63,370 bases of DNA, filler included, from a bacterium (GCA_028719205.1; 5 parts of 4 records of this genome joined end to end with filler, not necessarily neighbours in it); one strand, 5' to 3'. Numbered from the whole stretch's first letter, positions 18,895 to 29,422 are shown. Notes: generated from the sequence alone by a model not told the origin. A program made the numbers and translations.

Positions 18895-20024
18895 TTTTCC
18901 TCTAATGCCTCAAAATACGCATCTTCCGTATTTTTTGTTAAAGTATCGATAGAGTATTTGTCCATTACTTTTGAATACGCGCCCAGTCCGATTTTTTTTA
19001 TCAGTTCAGGATTCAGTACTAAATTTTTAACATGTTCAGAAAGCGTCTCACTGTCTTTAGGATCATATAGCAGGCCTGTTTCACCATCAGTTATCATCTC
19101 CGGTATTGAACCTACCCTGGACGCGATCACCGGCTTGCCGCATGCCATCATTTCCAAACATACTCTGCTGATAGCCTCAGAACCGATTGACGCAATTACC
19201 CCTATATCAAAACCTGCAGCGGCTTCAGGAATATTTTTATAAAAACCCGAAAAAATAACCTTATCCTGCAGCCCAAAAGAGCCGGCAATATTTTTCAATT
19301 CATTTAATTTAATATTTTCTTCCTGGCCGACAACCGCGTACTTCACATCAGGTAAAATATCTTTCAAACGGCTCGCGGCTTCCAGAAAATAATAATGTCC
19401 TTTAACGGGATCCAGCCGCCCGATAATCCCCACTAAATATTCATCTTTTTTTATGCCATAATTTATCCTGAATTTTTCTCCCGAAACACGCGGATTAAAT
19501 ATATCAGTGTCAACGGCCGGAGGAATAACTTTTATTTTCCCGGCAATATCAAAACCATTAAAATGATCTTCTTTTGCCATTCTTGACGCAACAATTATCC
19601 TGTCAGTAAACGACCTGTATAAATACCGGTTCAAAAAATTATTTTTTGTTACTCTTTGATCCCCTCTGGTCCGGATCAGTACAGCCCTGTTACCTGTTAA
19701 TTTATTTGAAATAAAACCTAAAGATTGCCCTTCCGCGCGATGAGTATTTATTACATCTATGTTTTCCTTTTTTAAAATATCATTTATTTGCCTGATCGAA
19801 TTACAAATATTGAACGGGGAAAGGCTATTAATATTATTTAATATTTCATACTTAATGCTGTGTTTTTTCGCGCCATCTTCCACCACGGTGCCTTTTAAAC
19901 CGGCAATAACAACATTATGCCCGTTTCTTTTTAATCCTCTGCTTAAGTTCAGCCCATATTCTGTTATACCGCTCGTCCACGGCTCATTAATTATCTGTAG
20001 TATATTTAATTTTTTATTTATCAT
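18876..20024 (-). CDS. Glycosyltransferase family 4
   Basis: IGRLDPVKGH and SEAISRVCLEMMACGKPVIASRVGSIPE (EX7E). Confidence 0.92.
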   Translation of the reverse strand: MINKKLNILQIINEPWTSGITEYGLNLSRGLKRNGHNVVIAGLKGTVVEDGAKKHSIKYEILNNINSLSPFNICNSIRQINDILKKENIDVINTHRAEGQSLGFISNKLTGNRAVLIRTRGDQRVTKNNFLNRYLYRSFTDRIIVASRMAKEDHFNGFDIAGKIKVIPPAVDTDIFNPRVSGEKFRINYGIKKDEYLVGIIGRLDPVKGHYYFLEAASRLKDILPDVKYAVVGQEENIKLNELKNIAGSFGLQDKVIFSGFYKNIPEAAAGFDIGVIASIGSEAISRVCLEMMACGKPVIASRVGSIPEMITDGETGLLYDPKDSETLSEHVKNLVLNPELIKKIGLGAYSKVMDKYSIDTLTKNTEDAYFEALEEKWKKLL

Positions 20025-20164
20025 AAATAATTTAGTAAAACACTGAATTATAACATAAAAATAATTGATAAATTATACTAATATTTTATTTATTAACAAA
20101 TTGCAAATCATTTAAAAATATATTATAATAATACGCTTATATTAAATAACTAAAGGAAAATTAG

Positions 20165-21940
20165 ATGAAGGAAGTTGATTTATTACTTTTGCACGCTCCA
20201 AGCGTGTATGATTTCAGGAAATATTCTCTTTTGTTCGGACCGATAAGCGATGTTATTCCTTCCACTCCGATATTTGAGATGTACCCTATAGGCATGACTC
20301 GTATCGCCGCGTTTCTGGATTCCAACGGTTATCATGTCCGCATTAAAAATATAGCCTTGAAAATGCTTTTAAATCCTAAATATGATCCTGAAGTCTTTAT
20401 TAAAAATATAAAAGTAAAATATCTTTTTGGAATTGACCTGCATTGGCTTCCTCATGCTCATGGAAGTTTGGAATTGGCTAAAATTGTAAAAAAATATCAT
20501 CCTGATAAACCTATTATATTCGGGGGATTGTCTTCTTCCTATTTTCACAAAGAATTGATCCAATATCCTCAGGTAGATTTTGTCATGCGCGGCGACTCAA
20601 CTGAGATTCCTGTATTAATGCTGATGAATGCTTTAAAGACCGGCGGGGATCTTTCAAAAATACCAAATCTTACCTGGAAAAAGGACGGAAAAGTAACAGT
20701 AAACGAAATGACACATATCCCCGCGGTACTTCAGGACATGTCGGCGAATTATAAATACATCATAAAATCCGTAATAAAATACCGTGACCTTTCAGGGCAT
20801 ATGCCGTTCCATTATTGGATATCTTACCCGATCACCGCTATCATGACCGCGCACGGCTGCAAATATAATTGCCTTACCTGCGGAGGTTCAGCCGACGCTT
20901 TTGAAAAAGTTTGCAACCGGAAAGAACCTGTATATTTTTCACCGGAATCCGTTTTAACCACAATAAAAAACGCGGACCGGATCATTAAAGGCCCTATTTT
21001 TATTATTGGAGATCCATTCCAGCCGAGCGCAGAATACGCGTGGGAACTGCTTCGCCTTTTAAAAAATGCCAAAATAAAAAATCAGCTGCTTCTTGAATTC
21101 TTTGTCCCGCCGCCAAGGGAATATCTTAAAGCGGCTAAAGAAGCGGTTCCAACGGTAAGCGTAGAAATTTCGCCCGACTCGCACGATGAAAATATCAGAC
21201 AAACTTACGGGCGGCCATATACCAATGCTGAATTAGAACGAATGATCGATGATTGCGTTGAGTTCAATTATCATAAAATTGATATCTTTTTTACTATCGC
21301 CCTGCCGATGCAGACAATGAAATCCGTTGATGAAACCATTGACTATTGCGAATACCTGATGGACAAATATAAAGTACACGCGGATAAAGTTTTTCTGTAT
21401 ATTTCACCGCTTGTGCCTTTTATTGATCCCGGGAGTCCCGCGTTCGAAGAACCGGAAAAACATGGTTACCGTGTTTTCAGAAAAACGCTTGAAGAACACC
21501 GGACCGCCTTATTAAATCCAAGCTGGAAAGATATGATGAGCTTTGAAACAATATGGATGACACGCGATCAAATTGTGGAAAGCACCTATCGCGCCGCGGA
21601 AAGGCTTAATCAAATAAAACTTAAATATAAGCAGATCACTGAAAAAAGGGCCAGGGAAATTGATCTATCCATCAAAAAATCCATTGAAATTATAGCTAAG
21701 ATCGACCAGATAAAAATATTAAAAGATCCCGCTCAGGTTCAAGAGGAACTTCTGAAAATAAAACCACTGATAGACAGGCTTAACCGTGACATACTTTGCG
21801 ATAAAAGGGAACTCGACCGGCCGTTATTTTTCAGAGGGGTAAAAGTCCCAAGGCCTTTGCAGAATTTTTTTGGCGATATCCATATATTTTTCAGCAGGAT
21901 AAATCATATTTTTAAGCTCCTGAATTTCCGGATAAAGTAG
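20165..21940 (+). CDS. B12-binding domain/radical SAM protein (TIGR04190/Ta0216-like)
   Basis: LLHAPSVYDFR..GPISDVIPSTPIFEMYPIG, GIDLHWLPHAHG, CKYNCLTCGGS. Confidence 0.85.
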   Translation: MKEVDLLLLHAPSVYDFRKYSLLFGPISDVIPSTPIFEMYPIGMTRIAAFLDSNGYHVRIKNIALKMLLNPKYDPEVFIKNIKVKYLFGIDLHWLPHAHGSLELAKIVKKYHPDKPIIFGGLSSSYFHKELIQYPQVDFVMRGDSTEIPVLMLMNALKTGGDLSKIPNLTWKKDGKVTVNEMTHIPAVLQDMSANYKYIIKSVIKYRDLSGHMPFHYWISYPITAIMTAHGCKYNCLTCGGSADAFEKVCNRKEPVYFSPESVLTTIKNADRIIKGPIFIIGDPFQPSAEYAWELLRLLKNAKIKNQLLLEFFVPPPREYLKAAKEAVPTVSVEISPDSHDENIRQTYGRPYTNAELERMIDDCVEFNYHKIDIFFTIALPMQTMKSVDETIDYCEYLMDKYKVHADKVFLYISPLVPFIDPGSPAFEEPEKHGYRVFRKTLEEHRTALLNPSWKDMMSFETIWMTRDQIVESTYRAAERLNQIKLKYKQITEKRAREIDLSIKKSIEIIAKIDQIKILKDPAQVQEELLKIKPLIDRLNRDILCDKRELDRPLFFRGVKVPRPLQNFFGDIHIFFSRINHIFKLLNFRIK

Positions 21941-21950
21941 TAAACTTGAA

Positions 21951-22145
21951 TTAGGAAAGATCTTCTTCTTCATCTTCCTCGTCTTCTACTTTTAACGGGC
22001 TGCTGATCTTGTACTTGCCGGTTAACCAGTGGTAAAGGTCTGTATCTTTGCATCTCGGGCTGCAAAAAGGAAAATAATTATTCCCTTCTTTTATTATTGC
22101 CGCCTTACAAACGGGGCAAATTAAACGATTTACTTTTTTATCCAT
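21951..22145 (-). CDS. yacG: DNA gyrase inhibitor YacG
   Basis: CPVC...FPFCSPRCKDTDL..W..GKYKI, acidic tail. Confidence 0.9.
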   Translation of the reverse strand: MDKKVNRLICPVCKAAIIKEGNNYFPFCSPRCKDTDLYHWLTGKYKISSPLKVEDEEDEEEDLS

Positions 22146-22603
22146 AATTTTTTAAGTTCATTTGTAATATCAGAATATCTCTCATCGTACTCATTCAGTT
22201 TTTCATTGACGGCTTTCCCCTGTTTTCTTTTTGCCCTGGCAAAAAATTCAGCATTACTTTTCACTTCCGCTCCCAATCCCCGGGTATAATACCTGATCTC
22301 ATTATCATCGCTTACAACAACCATTTTACGCGGATTCTTCGCTTTTTCAACCATCCGTTTTATTTTATTATCTGCCGTCTCATCCTGAGTAAAGATCACG
22401 CCTTTTTCCGAATTTTCAAACGGGAAAAAAGAATCTTTCTTCCCGTCAAATACGACCGTAAGGAGGTTACCGCCGCTTCCGGCCAATTTATGCTTATTTA
22501 TTAAAGCGACCAGCCTCTCTCTCCCTGCCTGAAGGTTATTATCTTCGCAGAGCGAAAGTTTATGCATCGCGTTATATCCGTCTATTATAAAATGTTTTGA
22601 CAT
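22130..22603 (-). CDS. NYN-domain (YacP/Rae1-like) ribonuclease
   Basis: IIDGYN, VVFDG, ETAD..I, VVSDD.EI. Confidence 0.85.
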   Translation of the reverse strand: MSKHFIIDGYNAMHKLSLCEDNNLQAGRERLVALINKHKLAGSGGNLLTVVFDGKKDSFFPFENSEKGVIFTQDETADNKIKRMVEKAKNPRKMVVVSDDNEIRYYTRGLGAEVKSNAEFFARAKRKQGKAVNEKLNEYDERYSDITNELKKLWIKK

Positions 22604-22700
22604 GATGATACAATAACTTAATTTATATCATTTTGTCAAGAGTTTTAGCTGGATAACAGATCTTATTCTGCTGGTATTGTTCATTTTACGGCATAAAATA

Positions 22701-22736
22701 AAAAGGGATTGGTTTATATAAAAACCAATCCCTTTT
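22701..22736 (-). terminator. Intrinsic terminator after the surface-protein operon
   Basis: AAAAGGGATTGGTTT-loop-AAACCAATCCCTTTT. Confidence 0.8.
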
Positions 22737-22748
22737 CTGCACCTTATT

Positions 22749-23162
22749 TTATTTAATTAAAGCGTTAATATCAGATTCCAGTTGTTTTAGAACATTATAA
22801 AGTACTGATGCATCTTCACAATTTATTACCCAATCTTCATTATCAGGATTGCCGTTTTTTATGCAACCGTCAGTTTTAGAAACCAATTTGTTCACTGTAT
22901 TTATGGCATCCTGATAAAGAGAGTTTTTACTGCTGATCTCCGTTTCATCCACCGCGATAGCCAAAGTTGAGATCACGCCTTCAATATCATCCAGGCAAGC
23001 TGTCTTTAACTGGATGTCTCCGTTCTTAAACGATGTCTCAGATATACTCTGCACCGCATTTTTCGCGTTAGCGACAGATTCACTCGTTCCCGCAAACACT
23101 TTACATGTTACTGAAAAAATCAACACGGTAATAAACATTACTATATTTTTCTTACTATACAT
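22749..23162 (-). CDS. Secreted protein homologous to the C-terminal domain of the upstream surface protein
   Basis: Signal peptide (VFA); SKTDGC..NPDNEDWVINC matches SKMDGC..ADNNDWIGDC upstream; GGAGG RBS. Confidence 0.75.
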   Translation of the reverse strand: MYSKKNIVMFITVLIFSVTCKVFAGTSESVANAKNAVQSISETSFKNGDIQLKTACLDDIEGVISTLAIAVDETEISSKNSLYQDAINTVNKLVSKTDGCIKNGNPDNEDWVINCEDASVLYNVLKQLESDINALIK

Positions 23163-23178
23163 TTTTTCCTCCCGTTAT

Positions 23179-24825
23179 TTAAGACCGTTTAAGATCATTT
23201 AAAACACCTAAAATCTTATTTATTAATAAATTTAATTGATACTGGGCTCCGCAATCACCAATCCAGTCATTATTATCCGCGCTTGAACCACACCCATCCA
23301 TTTTTGATTGAATATCATTTTTTAATTTAGAAATAGCCTCACCGAGAAGGTTATTTTTTGAAACAGGATCAGTGCTTGCCCTCCCCGCGCCTATAATATT
23401 AGTCAACGCGTCAATTTTATTTGACAGCGCGTTCTTACGGTTGGCGGCATTATTTTTAAACGCAGAATCACCCAGCGAATCGATCATTGTCTTAAGGTTA
23501 TTCAGATCATTTTCTATTGTTGTAACAGCAACGATCGTAACAATCAGTGAATCGGACGCGCTGTTTCCCGCTTTATCAACAGCAGTTACAGTAACAGTAT
23601 TATACCCGGTATGGTATGAAGAAGGCGCATCGTTTGAGCTTTTTTCTATACCCGACATAGTATCTTGAACATCAGGCACCGGTAGTACAACTGTTTCACC
23701 TTCATTAAATGTAACATCATTTCCAGCATTCACAACCGGCACTGTCTTATCTATATTTAGCGTTACAGATATTTCTGCGCTGTTACCTGCCAGATCAACC
23801 GCTGTCCCGGCCACAACCTGGTTCGCGCCTTCAGTAACCGCTGTTACAGGCGAAGTCAGAGTTCCGATCCCGGACAAATTATCCGCGCCATTAAACGTTA
23901 CTGTGACATCACTGTTGTTCCATCCGCTCGCGTTTGGATCTTCAGACCGCCCTGCTGTTATCGTTGGCGCTGTCTTATCAATTTTAATTACAATAGGTTC
24001 ATGGCTATTTGAACCTTCGGGATTTCCTGCATTATCTACCGCCCAATAAGCCAAAGTACTTACACCTTCAGAAGAAATAGTGATCTGCGCACTATTTCCT
24101 GATACTGTTTCCTCCATTGGTTGTATACCTGAAACGCTGTAATGAATTTCTTTTACGCCTGTACCGCCATCATTATCAACTGCATTTAATGTAACAGTTA
24201 CATCATTTTTGTTCCATCCGTTTTCGTTCGGGCCTTCTGAAAGATTTGCTGTTGTTACCGGAGGAATATTATCTAACGGTATCATGGATACAACACCATT
24301 TGTCCTTGTTTCTTCGGGAACGCTCGGAAAATAAACTGTAGCAAAATTAATTATCTCTGTCCCCCCCGGAGAATCGGCTTTAACCTTTACGCTGATATTA
24401 GCATAACCGCCTTTATGAGGTCCAACTTCACCAACAAACCATGTAATAGTTCGAGTAGAGGAGTTGTATATTCCTGCAGGCGCAATCTCTGTATTTGTAT
24501 CTACATCCATTACAGGCCCAATCTCTAATGTAGAATCATCCAGATCTTCATCTAACACATCAGTAAAATAGACTCCAAAAGCAATTCCCTCACCCACATT
24601 TTCAAATTGGACTTTGTAATTTAATGTTTGCCCAGCTGAAACATTACCCTCGGGCCCATATTTTATATTAGGATCGCGGGCAAAGCCATTGTTTAGCGAA
24701 GTAGTATCCTGGCCAATAATTGTGAATGGATCGTCTTGTAAAAAAATAGACGCTTTTGCACTTATAACGGGCTTCTTCACGCCGTATATGATTGCTCCAT
24801 CAACATAAAGATAACCGTTTGACCT
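23179..24825 (-). CDS. Large secreted/surface protein, 5' truncated (DUF11-like, Ig-like/OmpL47-type repeats, helical C-terminal domain)
   Basis: DPNIKYGP...YKVQFENVG..A..V..TD.LD.DLD; DNIPPVTTA..NGW...DVTVTL.AVD repeats. Frame is open to the contig edge. Confidence 0.75.
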   Translation of the reverse strand, partial: RSNGYLYVDGAIIYGVKKPVISAKASIFLQDDPFTIIGQDTTSLNNGFARDPNIKYGPEGNVSAGQTLNYKVQFENVGEGIAFGVYFTDVLDEDLDDSTLEIGPVMDVDTNTEIAPAGIYNSSTRTITWFVGEVGPHKGGYANISVKVKADSPGGTEIINFATVYFPSVPEETRTNGVVSMIPLDNIPPVTTANLSEGPNENGWNKNDVTVTLNAVDNDGGTGVKEIHYSVSGIQPMEETVSGNSAQITISSEGVSTLAYWAVDNAGNPEGSNSHEPIVIKIDKTAPTITAGRSEDPNASGWNNSDVTVTFNGADNLSGIGTLTSPVTAVTEGANQVVAGTAVDLAGNSAEISVTLNIDKTVPVVNAGNDVTFNEGETVVLPVPDVQDTMSGIEKSSNDAPSSYHTGYNTVTVTAVDKAGNSASDSLIVTIVAVTTIENDLNNLKTMIDSLGDSAFKNNAANRKNALSNKIDALTNIIGAGRASTDPVSKNNLLGEAISKLKNDIQSKMDGCGSSADNNDWIGDCGAQYQLNLLINKILGVLNDLKRS

Positions 24826-24925
24826 NNNNNNNNNNNNNNNNNNNNNNNNNNNNNNNNNNNNNNNNNNNNTTAATTAATTAANNNNNNNNNNNNNNNNNNN
24901 NNNNNNNNNNNNNNNNNNNNNNNNN
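24826..24925. other. Artificial contig spacer
   Basis: N-TTAATTAATTAA-N, 100 bp. Confidence 0.98.
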
Positions 24926-25352
24926 TAAGGCAGCTGCTTAAACAGATGAGCCCCCCGCTGAATTCTTTTAAGATCTCCTTATCTATCCTCGGGCGGTAAT
25001 AAAATCCTTCCAGATAACCCTTGCTTACAAGCTGCATCAAATTTTTATACCCGGCCTTATTTTTCACCAGAAGGACCAGATGATACGCGACATCAGAAAT
25101 ACCTTTAGATTCTTTATCAAAACGGCTGCCGGGCGCGATATACACCTCACACCCGATGATCGGCTTTATGCCTTCCTTCATCGCCTTTTCATAAAACTCG
25201 ATCGCGCCGAACATATTCCCATGGTCTGTTATCGCGAGGGCCGGCATCCTGTACTTTTTCGCGAGCTTGATCAGGTCGTCAATGCGGCACGCGCCGTCAA
25301 GAAGGCTGAATTCAGTATGGACATGTAAATGGACAAAATGTGAATGGATCAT
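24926..25352 (-). CDS. dnaE: DNA polymerase III alpha subunit (PHP domain), 3' truncated
   Basis: FVHLHVHTEFSLLDGA, AITDHGNMFG, GIKPIIGCE, EGFYYRPRID. Confidence 0.95.
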
Positions 25353-25493
25353 AATTATTCGCAGATTATATCATAATTCTTTACCGGGGGAAAAAACTCT
25401 TTTGGCTCCAAATTATTTTATTTTTTCCACTTGAAAATCCTGATATTTATGGTACAATATTTGCTTTTTAAACTATTTTTAAGGAGCCATGTA

Positions 25494-26081
25494 ATGTTTT
25501 CGAATTTAAAGATATTTTTAATCTTAATCGCGATCTCTGTCGTTTCCATAAACGGTAGAAGTGTCTATGGCTTGAACCGTTTAAAAGAAGGACAGAAATT
25601 AGAGCCATTTTCTCTAAAAACCCTGAATGGGGATAAACTGGATATTAATAAATATTTAAACGGGAAAAATGTGGGAATTGTTTTCTGGGAAACTCCTGAG
25701 GTTGAAAATTATATAGATTATTCCAAAGAAGCCTTAAAGACTCTTGTTAAAATGCATAAAGAATATAAAGATAAAGGCCTGCAGATCATCGCGGTTTATT
25801 GCCCCCATGAAGATGAAAAAGTAACAGAAAAAGAAATCAATGAAATTTATAAATTAGTAGATGAGTTAGATATTTCTTTTCCCATCCTTTTAGATTCAGA
25901 ATTGATAATATTTGATAAATTAGGCATAGTAGCAATACCATCTTTTGTTCTGATAGATAAATCCAGCACGGTAAAATACATATTACCGGGATTCCCGCCT
26001 TATTCCGCGGAAAAAGATATTTTAAAGGAAATTAAATATATACTTAATATTGATAAGGAAAATACTCGAAGGATTAACTGA
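25494..26081 (+). CDS. Exported TlpA/redoxin-fold protein lacking CxxC
   Basis: Signal peptide; FSLKTLNG, VFW without CxxC, FPILLD, IPSFVLIDK; AAGGAG RBS before ATG 25494. Confidence 0.7.
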   Translation: MFSNLKIFLILIAISVVSINGRSVYGLNRLKEGQKLEPFSLKTLNGDKLDINKYLNGKNVGIVFWETPEVENYIDYSKEALKTLVKMHKEYKDKGLQIIAVYCPHEDEKVTEKEINEIYKLVDELDISFPILLDSELIIFDKLGIVAIPSFVLIDKSSTVKYILPGFPPYSAEKDILKEIKYILNIDKENTRRIN

Positions 26082-26083
26082 TA

Positions 26084-26112
26084 TTGACATATAATTAAAA
26101 ACGTTTTATAAT
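26084..26112 (+). promoter_or_regulatory. Consensus promoter TTGACA-N17-TATAAT, probably leaderless
   Basis: TTGACA 26084-26089, TATAAT 26107-26112, ATG at 26119, no SD. Confidence 0.75.
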
Positions 26113-26118
26113 AATTTA

Positions 26119-27180
26119 ATGAATAAAAATACTTTTCATTCAAATTTAAAACTTTCCCTCGAGAGGGCAAACGCGTCCCTTTTCCTGATAATCAAGTGCC
26201 ATGAAACAATAATGCGCGCGCAAAATGAAGAAGAAATTTATAAAAGGATCTGCAGGGTACTGGTAGACCAAAGTCAATATAAACTCGCGTGGATCGGCAT
26301 TGCCAAACATGATAATAAAAAAACTGTAATTCCGATCGCGCACGCGGGATTTAAAGAAGGATACCTGGAAGAATCAACTATTCACTGGAAAAATGATAAA
26401 TTCGGCCACGGGCCTACGGGACTGGCTTTCCGTACAAAACACACGCAAATAAACCAGAATCTGCTTGAAAATCCAAATTATAAAACCTGGCGTAAACGAG
26501 CCGTTAAATACGGATATAATTCAACGATCTCTCTGCCTTGTAAAATAAATGAACACGTATTATTTGTTTTTAATCTTTATTCTGACGAACCTTATGCTTT
26601 TGATAAGCAGGAAGTTGAAATTCTTGAAACGCTTGCCAAAGACATGGCGTATGGGGTCCACAATCTCCGAATCATGGAGGAAAGAAATACCGATAAACTT
26701 ACCGGAATCCCGAACCGGAGGTATTTTGACGAAATATTTTTAAAAGAATTAAAACGCGCTGTACGTGATTTAACGCCTATAACGTTATTAATGGTTGATA
26801 TAGATTATTTTAAAGCATTTAATGACTGTTACGGCCATATCGCCGGGGATGACTGCCTTCAAAAAATAGCTAAAACCTTACACGGCCTTGTATCACGCCC
26901 GGGGGATGTAGTCGCGCGTTACGGCGGTGAAGAATTCGCCATAATATTACCCAATACCGATATAAAAGCGATCTCTCTCGCGGAAGAATGCCGCAGCGCG
27001 ATCGAAAAACTGCAAATTCCTCATAAATGTTCAAAAGTTTCGAAAAATGTAACCGTGAGTGTCGGGATTAAAACCTCATATCAGGAACAAAAGCTCTCTC
27101 CCCGTAAAATCATTCTTGAAGCGGATAAGGCTTTATATAAAGCAAAAGAACTGGGCAGGAACAGGACAATTCAGCATTAG
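26119..27180 (+). CDS. GAF-GGDEF diguanylate cyclase
   Basis: GAF (AWIG..GPTG.A); DKLTGIPNRR, DIDYFK..ND.YGH..GD, RPGD I-site, RYGGEEF. Confidence 0.95.
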   Translation: MNKNTFHSNLKLSLERANASLFLIIKCHETIMRAQNEEEIYKRICRVLVDQSQYKLAWIGIAKHDNKKTVIPIAHAGFKEGYLEESTIHWKNDKFGHGPTGLAFRTKHTQINQNLLENPNYKTWRKRAVKYGYNSTISLPCKINEHVLFVFNLYSDEPYAFDKQEVEILETLAKDMAYGVHNLRIMEERNTDKLTGIPNRRYFDEIFLKELKRAVRDLTPITLLMVDIDYFKAFNDCYGHIAGDDCLQKIAKTLHGLVSRPGDVVARYGGEEFAIILPNTDIKAISLAEECRSAIEKLQIPHKCSKVSKNVTVSVGIKTSYQEQKLSPRKIILEADKALYKAKELGRNRTIQH

Positions 27181-27183
27181 AAA

Positions 27184-28746
27184 CTATTCCCACTCTATGG
27201 TGCTTGGAGGTTTGGAGCTTATGTCGTATACAACACGGTTGACGCCTTTTACCTCATTGATTATCCTGTTTGATATATTCTGCAAAACCTCATACGGAAG
27301 TTTAACCCAGTCCGCGGTCATACCGTCCTCGCTGTTCACGGCACGAAGAGCCACGACATTTTCATAAGTTCTCGCGTCACCCATTACACCCACGGTCTTA
27401 ATAGGTAAAAGCACGGCGAACGACTGCCAGATCTTTGTGTATAATCCCGCTTTTCTTATTTCTTCTATCACTATCGCATCCGCCTCACGAAGGATATAAA
27501 GGCTTTCAGGTTTAACAGGCCCGATCAATCTTACGGCAAGCCCCGGCCCGGGGAACGGCTGCCGGCTGATAATTTCATCGGATATCCCGAGTTCCCTGCC
27601 CAATAACCTGACCTCATCTTTGAATAATTCACGCAGCGGTTCAATAAGTTTAAATTTCATCCTTTTAGGCAGGCCTCCGACATTATGATGGGATTTTATC
27701 TTCACCGACGGCCCGTTAACGGACACGCTCTCAATAACATCAGGATACAAAGTTCCCTGCGCGAGAAAATCTATTTTTCCTAACCGTTTTGCCTCTTCTT
27801 CAAATACGCGGATAAATTCCTTACCGATGATCTTTCTTTTTTTCTCGGGATCAGAAACATTTTTTAATTTTTTTAAAAACCTATCTTCCGCGTCTATATA
27901 ATCAAGATTGATCTTGAAATGCTCACGAAAAGTTTTTACAACTTTTTCGGCCTCATCTTTACGGAGTAAACCGTTATTCACAAAAAAACAAGTAAGCTGA
28001 TTACCGATCGCGAGATGTAATAAAACAGCGGTTACGGAAGAATCCACACCTCCGCTTAAAGCGCATACGACCCTTTTATTACCGACCTGTTCCCTGATCT
28101 TACTGACAGCGATATTAACGTAAGACTGCATGGTCCAGTCAAAGGAACAACGGCATATTTTTTTGAGGAAATTTTCAATTATCTTTTTGCCTTGAGGCGT
28201 ATGGACCACCTCAGGATGGAATTGCAGGCCATATATTTTTTTTTGTTCATTTTCCATAGCGGCTACCGGGGTATTTGGAGTTTCCGCGATTGCTTTGAAG
28301 CCCTGAGGAAGTTTAGAGATCGAATCACCATGGCTCATCCAGACATCCGTCCCGCCGGTTATTCCGTCAAAAATACTGTCACTTTTATTTGCCCCATTGG
28401 GGTTTACATTGATCTTTGCCGATCCGTATTCATGTTTTTGCGCCCTTTCGACCCTCCCGCCAAGCAAATGAACGGTCAGCTGCATCCCGTAACAAATCCC
28501 AAGAACCGGAATACCCAAATTAAAAATTTCCTTATCACAGCCCGGCGCGTTTTTTTCATAAACGCTCGCGGGCCCGCCGGAAAGAATGATCCCTTTACAA
28601 TTCGCGTTTTTAAGCTTATCTATCGATATGTTAGGAGAATATATTTCACAATATACTTTATACTCCCTTATCCTCCTCGCGATCAATTTTGTATATTGAG
28701 ACCCGAAGTCCAGAATGGCAATTAATTCCCTGCTATTTTGCTGCAT
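27184..28746 (-). CDS. guaA: GMP synthase (glutamine-hydrolysing)
   Basis: [47 protein letters not shown]. Start placed at MQQNSRE. Confidence 0.98.
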   Translation of the reverse strand: MQQNSRELIAILDFGSQYTKLIARRIREYKVYCEIYSPNISIDKLKNANCKGIILSGGPASVYEKNAPGCDKEIFNLGIPVLGICYGMQLTVHLLGGRVERAQKHEYGSAKINVNPNGANKSDSIFDGITGGTDVWMSHGDSISKLPQGFKAIAETPNTPVAAMENEQKKIYGLQFHPEVVHTPQGKKIIENFLKKICRCSFDWTMQSYVNIAVSKIREQVGNKRVVCALSGGVDSSVTAVLLHLAIGNQLTCFFVNNGLLRKDEAEKVVKTFREHFKINLDYIDAEDRFLKKLKNVSDPEKKRKIIGKEFIRVFEEEAKRLGKIDFLAQGTLYPDVIESVSVNGPSVKIKSHHNVGGLPKRMKFKLIEPLRELFKDEVRLLGRELGISDEIISRQPFPGPGLAVRLIGPVKPESLYILREADAIVIEEIRKAGLYTKIWQSFAVLLPIKTVGVMGDARTYENVVALRAVNSEDGMTADWVKLPYEVLQNISNRIINEVKGVNRVVYDISSKPPSTIEWE

Positions 28747-28837
28747 AACACAAACCTCCATTCGATTAATATAGATTGTTGTAAGGATTATATTCCATAC
28801 GGTAAGAATGGTCAAGAAAAAATGAAATTTATAATAA

Positions 28838-28869
28838 AAAGGCGGAGAAGATTAATCTCCCCCGCCTTT
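28838..28869 (-). terminator. Intrinsic terminator after the ArsR/Cys-rich operon
   Basis: Minus strand AAAGGCGGGGGAG...CTTCTCCGCCTTTTT. Confidence 0.75.
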
Positions 28870-28888
28870 GCGTAAACCCTGCCTGTTT

Positions 28889-29050
28889 TTAAGAACAGAA
28901 TTTCTTAAAAAATTCCCCGCATGATTTACCATCTTTACAGCAGTTTTCTATAGCTGTTTTACACTTTTCTTTGACCTCTTCTCCGGTAATTTCGATCTGA
29001 TACCCGTTATCGATCTCATTTACCTTGACATTGCAGCATTCTTTTTTCAT
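28889..29050 (-). CDS. 53-aa Cys-rich putative metal(loid)-binding protein (absent from ORF track)
   Basis: MKKECCNVKVNEIDNGYQIEITGEEVKEKCKTAIENCCKDGKSCGEFFKKFCS*; strong AAAGGAGGTGA RBS; 7 Cys. Confidence 0.8.
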   Translation of the reverse strand: MKKECCNVKVNEIDNGYQIEITGEEVKEKCKTAIENCCKDGKSCGEFFKKFCS

Positions 29051-29113
29051 TTTATTCACCTCCTTTCTTTATTAGACGTATTCATATATGTCTATATGAT
29101 AAGGCAAAAAAAT

Positions 29114-29398
29114 TTATTCCTTTTTATCTCCGTTCTTGAACATGCCCGCGAAATCCTGGCAGCATGAAGATACACAGCACTTATTTAACGAGTAATAAAC
29201 TTCTTTGCCATCCTTCCGGTCTGTAACGATCTTTGCCTGCTTCAAAATACTCAAATGATGCGATATGGACGGCTGTTTCATCTTGAAATGCGTGCAGATC
29301 TCCGAAACACACATCTCCTTCCCGTATAAAAGTTTCATTATTTTAATTCTTGTCCCGTCCGAAACCGCTTTAAAAAAACTCCCGCAATCAAATTGCAT
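29114..29398 (-). CDS. ArsR/SmtB family metalloregulator
   Basis: FKAVSDGTR.KI, EMCVSEIC, QPSISHHL..LK.A.IV..RKDG..VYYSL; Cys-rich tail CCVSSCC. Confidence 0.92.
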   Translation of the reverse strand: MQFDCGSFFKAVSDGTRIKIMKLLYGKEMCVSEICTHFKMKQPSISHHLSILKQAKIVTDRKDGKEVYYSLNKCCVSSCCQDFAGMFKNGDKKE

Positions 29399-29422
29399 TT
29401 TTAATCCTTCACATGATATATC

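Noticed and set aside
16059-22145. gyrA and yacG as a linked inhibitor-target pair
   Set aside because: They are on different contigs, so the proximity is an artefact of concatenation.
27184-27200. Genomic island integrated at the guaA 3' end
   Set aside because: No integrase and no duplicated guaA 3' end found in the contig.
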